Source: a candidate division WWE3 bacterium
Lineage (GTDB): Bacteria; Bdellovibrionota; UBA1018; UBA923
Direction of reading: 5' to 3'
Length of the DNA stretch: 55,390 nt
Assembly: GCA_038231515.1 (NCBI GenBank)
Contig: JBBRLF010000001.1
Span: 1-55,390 of the forward strand
The position numbers were made by a program, and so were the translations under genes. Shown here piece by piece: positions 52,587-55,390 of the stretch (the first letter of the stretch is position 1; every line of letters begins with the position of its first letter). The notes beneath the pieces are model-generated. The model was not told where the DNA came from, searched no databases, and saw nothing but the letters and a program-made list of their open reading frames with translations.

Positions 52587-53326
52587 TAAACCCGAGCCTC
52601 GTCAGCCTGCCGGGCGGTCAAACCAAACCGTCGCTGACGTCGGGTAAAGCTGTCGATGGCCATGCGCAGGTCGCTTGGCTTGAAGTCCGGCCACATCGTG
52701 TCCGTAAAATAGAGCTCAGTATAGGCCACCTGCCAAAGCAGGAAATTCGAAATACGTTGTTCGCCACTGGTTCGAATCAGCAGATCCGGATCGCCCACGG
52801 CTGACGTTGAAAGCTCGTCGCTGAAATGCTGTTCGGTGATTTCGTCGGCGGCCAGCTCACCGGCCGCTACTCGATGGGCCAGCCGCTGCGCCACCTGCGT
52901 CAGCTCATCGCGCCCACTGTAGGAAACCGCCAGGGTAAGCTGCAGGCCCGTATTTTCCTTCGACATCTCGATGGATTCGCCCAGCATCCTGCGCACCGAC
53001 TCCGGAAGCCGTTCCAGCGCCCCAACGGCACGCAGACGGATATTCTTGTCCATCATCTCGCGCCGCTCGCGAATCAGCCATTTGTACAGCAGCCGCATCA
53101 GCACGCTGACTTCGACCGAGGGACGACCCCAGTTTTCGCTCGAAAAAGCGTAGAGCGTCAGCGCTTTCACACCTTGCTTGTCGGCTTCACGGATAATATC
53201 GCGCACGCGCGCACAGCCGCGCACATGTCCAAAGATACGCGGGCGCCCGCGGCGTTCAGCCCAGCGCCCGTTCCCGTCCATGATGATGGCGATGTGTTTT
53301 GGTATATCGGTGAACCCTGACATCAA
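52586..53326 (-). CDS. uppS: Di-trans,poly-cis-undecaprenyl-diphosphate synthase
   Basis: HIAIIMDGNGRWA, FSSENWGRP, ERRFG-type C-terminus. Confidence 0.95.
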   Translation of the reverse strand: MMSGFTDIPKHIAIIMDGNGRWAERRGRPRIFGHVRGCARVRDIIREADKQGVKALTLYAFSSENWGRPSVEVSVLMRLLYKWLIRERREMMDKNIRLRAVGALERLPESVRRMLGESIEMSKENTGLQLTLAVSYSGRDELTQVAQRLAHRVAAGELAADEITEQHFSDELSTSAVGDPDLLIRTSGEQRISNFLLWQVAYTELYFTDTMWPDFKPSDLRMAIDSFTRRQRRFGLTARQADEARV

Positions 53327-53880
53327 ACGCTCATGATCTCTTTTTCTTTGCCCGTCAGCACCTTGTCCACTTCGGCGACGAACTCATCGGTCTTTTTCTG
53401 CACCAGGTCGCCGGCCTTTTTGGCGTCGTCCTGGGTGAGCACTTTGTCTTTTTCGAGTTTCTTTACTTCTTCGTTGGCGTCACGGCGCTCATTGCGCAAT
53501 GCGATCTTGCACTCTTCGCCCATCTTCTTGATCTGTTTAACCAGATCTTTACGACGCTCTTCGGTCAGCATCGGCAGGGGCACGCGAATGAGCTTGCCGT
53601 CGTTCTGGGGGTTGAGCCCCAGATCAGCGATCAAAATGGCTTTCTCGATCGCGGGCAGCATATTGGCTTCCCAGGGCTGGATGACGATTTGCCGCGGCTC
53701 GGGCGCGCTGATCGAGGCCACCTGGCTGATCGGCATATCTGTTCCGTAATAATCCACTTTTACGCCATCAAGCAGCGCGGGTGAGGCGCGGCCAGTGCGC
53801 ACTTTCGTGAGCTCAGTCTTGAAACTCGCGAGCGTCTTGGTCATCTTCTGACCGAGAGAATCCAAAACTTCTTTAGTCAT
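53323..53880 (-). CDS. frr: Ribosome recycling factor
   Basis: 185 aa with an RRF-like sequence ([20 protein letters not shown]...[11 protein letters not shown]). Confidence 0.95.
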   Translation of the reverse strand: MTKEVLDSLGQKMTKTLASFKTELTKVRTGRASPALLDGVKVDYYGTDMPISQVASISAPEPRQIVIQPWEANMLPAIEKAILIADLGLNPQNDGKLIRVPLPMLTEERRKDLVKQIKKMGEECKIALRNERRDANEEVKKLEKDKVLTQDDAKKAGDLVQKKTDEFVAEVDKVLTGKEKEIMSV

Positions 53881-54619
53881 TTTTTTCCCCCTTACCCCTC
53901 GTGACCAGCGTGCCGATAGGATGACCCATCACGACATCGCGCACCCAATGGGGCCTATTGAGATTAAATACGATAATCGGAAGATCGTTATCCATGCAAA
54001 GCGAGATGGCGGTGGAGTCCATGACTTTCAAATTCTTCTGCAGCACTTCGATGTAAGTCAGCTCGCGGAAAAGTTTGGCATTCGGAAACTTCACCGGATC
54101 GGCATCATAAACACCGTCAACCTTGGTCGCCTTCATGATGACCTCGGCGCCCATTTCCATGGCGCGCAGGCTGGCCGCGGTGTCCGTGCTGAAGTACGGA
54201 TTGCCCGTGCCCCCGGCAAAGATGACCACGCGTTTTTTCTCGAGATGTCGCACGGCGCGCCGTCGAATATAAGGCTCGGCCAGCTCCTGAATCTCGATGG
54301 CTGACTGCACACGCGTAAAAACGCCGATGCGTTCCAGAGCGTCTTGCAGCGCCAAGCTGTTCATTACGGTAGCCAGCATTCCCATGTAATCAGCCTGGGA
54401 ACGGTCCATGCCATGTGCGGCAGCCGCCAGACCGCGGAAGATATTCCCGCCGCCCAGTACGATGCAGATTTCTACGCCAAGTTCACGAATCTCTTTAACC
54501 TCTTCGGCGATGGCGTGCAGGATATCGGTATCGATTCCATAACCAGCCTTGCCGGCCAGCGCCTCACCCGAGAGCTTAAGCAGTATTCGTGTATACTTCG
54601 GTTTTTCCGAAGCCATCAT
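53873..54619 (-). CDS. pyrH: UMP kinase
   Basis: [21 protein letters not shown], amino-acid kinase fold. Confidence 0.95.
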   Translation of the reverse strand: MMASEKPKYTRILLKLSGEALAGKAGYGIDTDILHAIAEEVKEIRELGVEICIVLGGGNIFRGLAAAAHGMDRSQADYMGMLATVMNSLALQDALERIGVFTRVQSAIEIQELAEPYIRRRAVRHLEKKRVVIFAGGTGNPYFSTDTAASLRAMEMGAEVIMKATKVDGVYDADPVKFPNAKLFRELTYIEVLQKNLKVMDSTAISLCMDNDLPIIVFNLNRPHWVRDVVMGHPIGTLVTRGKGEKND

Positions 54620-54646
54620 TGATCTCGCTTTGTTGGTGTTACTAAC

Positions 54647-55279
54647 TTACGTGGGCTGAGCCGGGCTCGCGATTCCTTCACCCAACGTGAAACGGGCGAA
54701 ACGGCGAATATTGATATTCTCGCCGATTTTCGCGACCATCTCGGTCGTGAGCTGGGAAATCGTCTTGTCCGAATCCTTTACGAAAGCCTGATTCACCAGA
54801 CACGATTCGTCAAAGAACTTCTTGATCTTGCCTTCGATGATCTTTTCCATCACTGGTGCCGGCTTGCTCGCGTTTTTTGGATCTGCCTTGGCCTGAGCCA
54901 GGAGAATTTCCTTCTCCTTCTCGACTACGGCCGCTGGAACGTCTTCCGGACGGACGTACAAGGGGTTGGCCGCCGCGATGTGCATCGCGACGTCGCGGAC
55001 GAAACCTTGAAACAGGTCGTTACGGGCCACAAAGTCGGTCTCACAGTTGATCTCGACGAGAACACCGATCTTGCCGCCTGCGTGAATGTAGCTCGTGACT
55101 GCGCCTTCTTTAGCCATGCGGTCGGATTTCTTCGCGGCAGCCGACAAACCCTTCTTGCGAAGATAATCAATGGCCTTTTCAAGATCGCCCGCCGATTCGA
55201 CGAGAGCCTTTTTGCAATCCATCATGCCGGCTCCGGTTTTATCGCGGAGGTCCTTCACCATCTCTGATTTGATTTCCAT
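54647..55279 (-). CDS. tsf: Elongation factor Ts (short form)
   Basis: N-terminal UBA-like VKDLRDKTGAGMMDCKKAL and EINCETDFVARN. 210 aa. Confidence 0.93.
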   Translation of the reverse strand: MEIKSEMVKDLRDKTGAGMMDCKKALVESAGDLEKAIDYLRKKGLSAAAKKSDRMAKEGAVTSYIHAGGKIGVLVEINCETDFVARNDLFQGFVRDVAMHIAAANPLYVRPEDVPAAVVEKEKEILLAQAKADPKNASKPAPVMEKIIEGKIKKFFDESCLVNQAFVKDSDKTISQLTTEMVAKIGENINIRRFARFTLGEGIASPAQPT

Positions 55280-55280
55280 A

Positions 55281-55390
55281 TTAATGCTTCGTGGCTTTCT
55301 TTGGAGCAGCCTTTACTGCGGCCTTCACTACAGCAGCAACAGTTGCGGTTGCAGGAGCTGCAGGAGTCTTGCCGGCAGCAGCGGCAACAG
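55281..55390 (-). CDS. rpsB: Probable 30S ribosomal protein S2, C-terminal Ala/Lys-rich tail only (partial)
   Basis: The minus-strand frame is open from the window edge to the TAA at 55281-55283 (...AAAGKTPAAPATATVAAVVKAAVKAAPKKATKH*). It sits directly upstream of tsf, as in the conserved rpsB-tsf-pyrH-frr arrangement. The assignment rests on synteny only. Confidence 0.55.
   Translation of the reverse strand, partial: VAAAAGKTPAAPATATVAAVVKAAVKAAPKKATKH

Overview
55.4-kb chromosomal window from a flagellated Gram-negative bacterium. Gene order and protein sequences look Bdellovibrionota / delta-proteobacteria-like, but that taxon is a guess. Layout: (i) 1-10.2 kb is a minus-strand flagellar operon, flgB-flgC-fliE-fliF-fliG-fliH-fliI-fliJ-(MgtE_N-like)-fliK-flgD(partial), with a sigma54-type -24/-12 element upstream of flgB. 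(ii) 11.3-13.5 kb is groES-groEL, with a sigma32-like promoter and no CIRCE operator. (iii) 14.4-15.1 kb holds tRNA-Phe followed by an ORF-free array. The array has two extra copies of the tRNA 3' end, each preceded by a paralogous structured module. (iv) 15.1-41.5 kb is a long run of exported or envelope proteins, mostly of unknown function. It includes a triple-repeat Cys protein, a YsnF-like protein, a DUF937-OmpA protein, a 1119-aa CPBP protease-like membrane protein, and an ECF sigma/anti-sigma pair divergent from a signal-peptide-bearing metallothionein-like peptide. It also includes YceI plus a dihaem cytochrome c, an OMP / 1255-aa lipoprotein / M19-like peptidase operon, an MFS transporter, an Omp85-like barrel, a GT2 and a DUF374 protein. 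(v) 41.6-55.4 kb is a housekeeping minus-strand block: cNMP-binding protein, tig, truA, asd, pssA, psd, tsaB, rseP, cdsA, uppS, frr, pyrH, tsf and rpsB (partial). A 2-gene surface-protein/beta-barrel pair sits between asd and truA. I saw no integrase, transposase, CRISPR array, rRNA or recognisable defence gene. The best candidates for something new are: (1) the tRNA-Phe-linked tandem structured modules, which show compensatory helix changes and a CCA-ended tRNA-like minihelix; (2) the ECF-sigma / multipass anti-sigma / exported Cys-rich peptide locus, which has twin identical divergent promoter-like motifs; (3) two uncharacterised envelope operons; (4) a stop-codon-embedding intergenic hairpin family.
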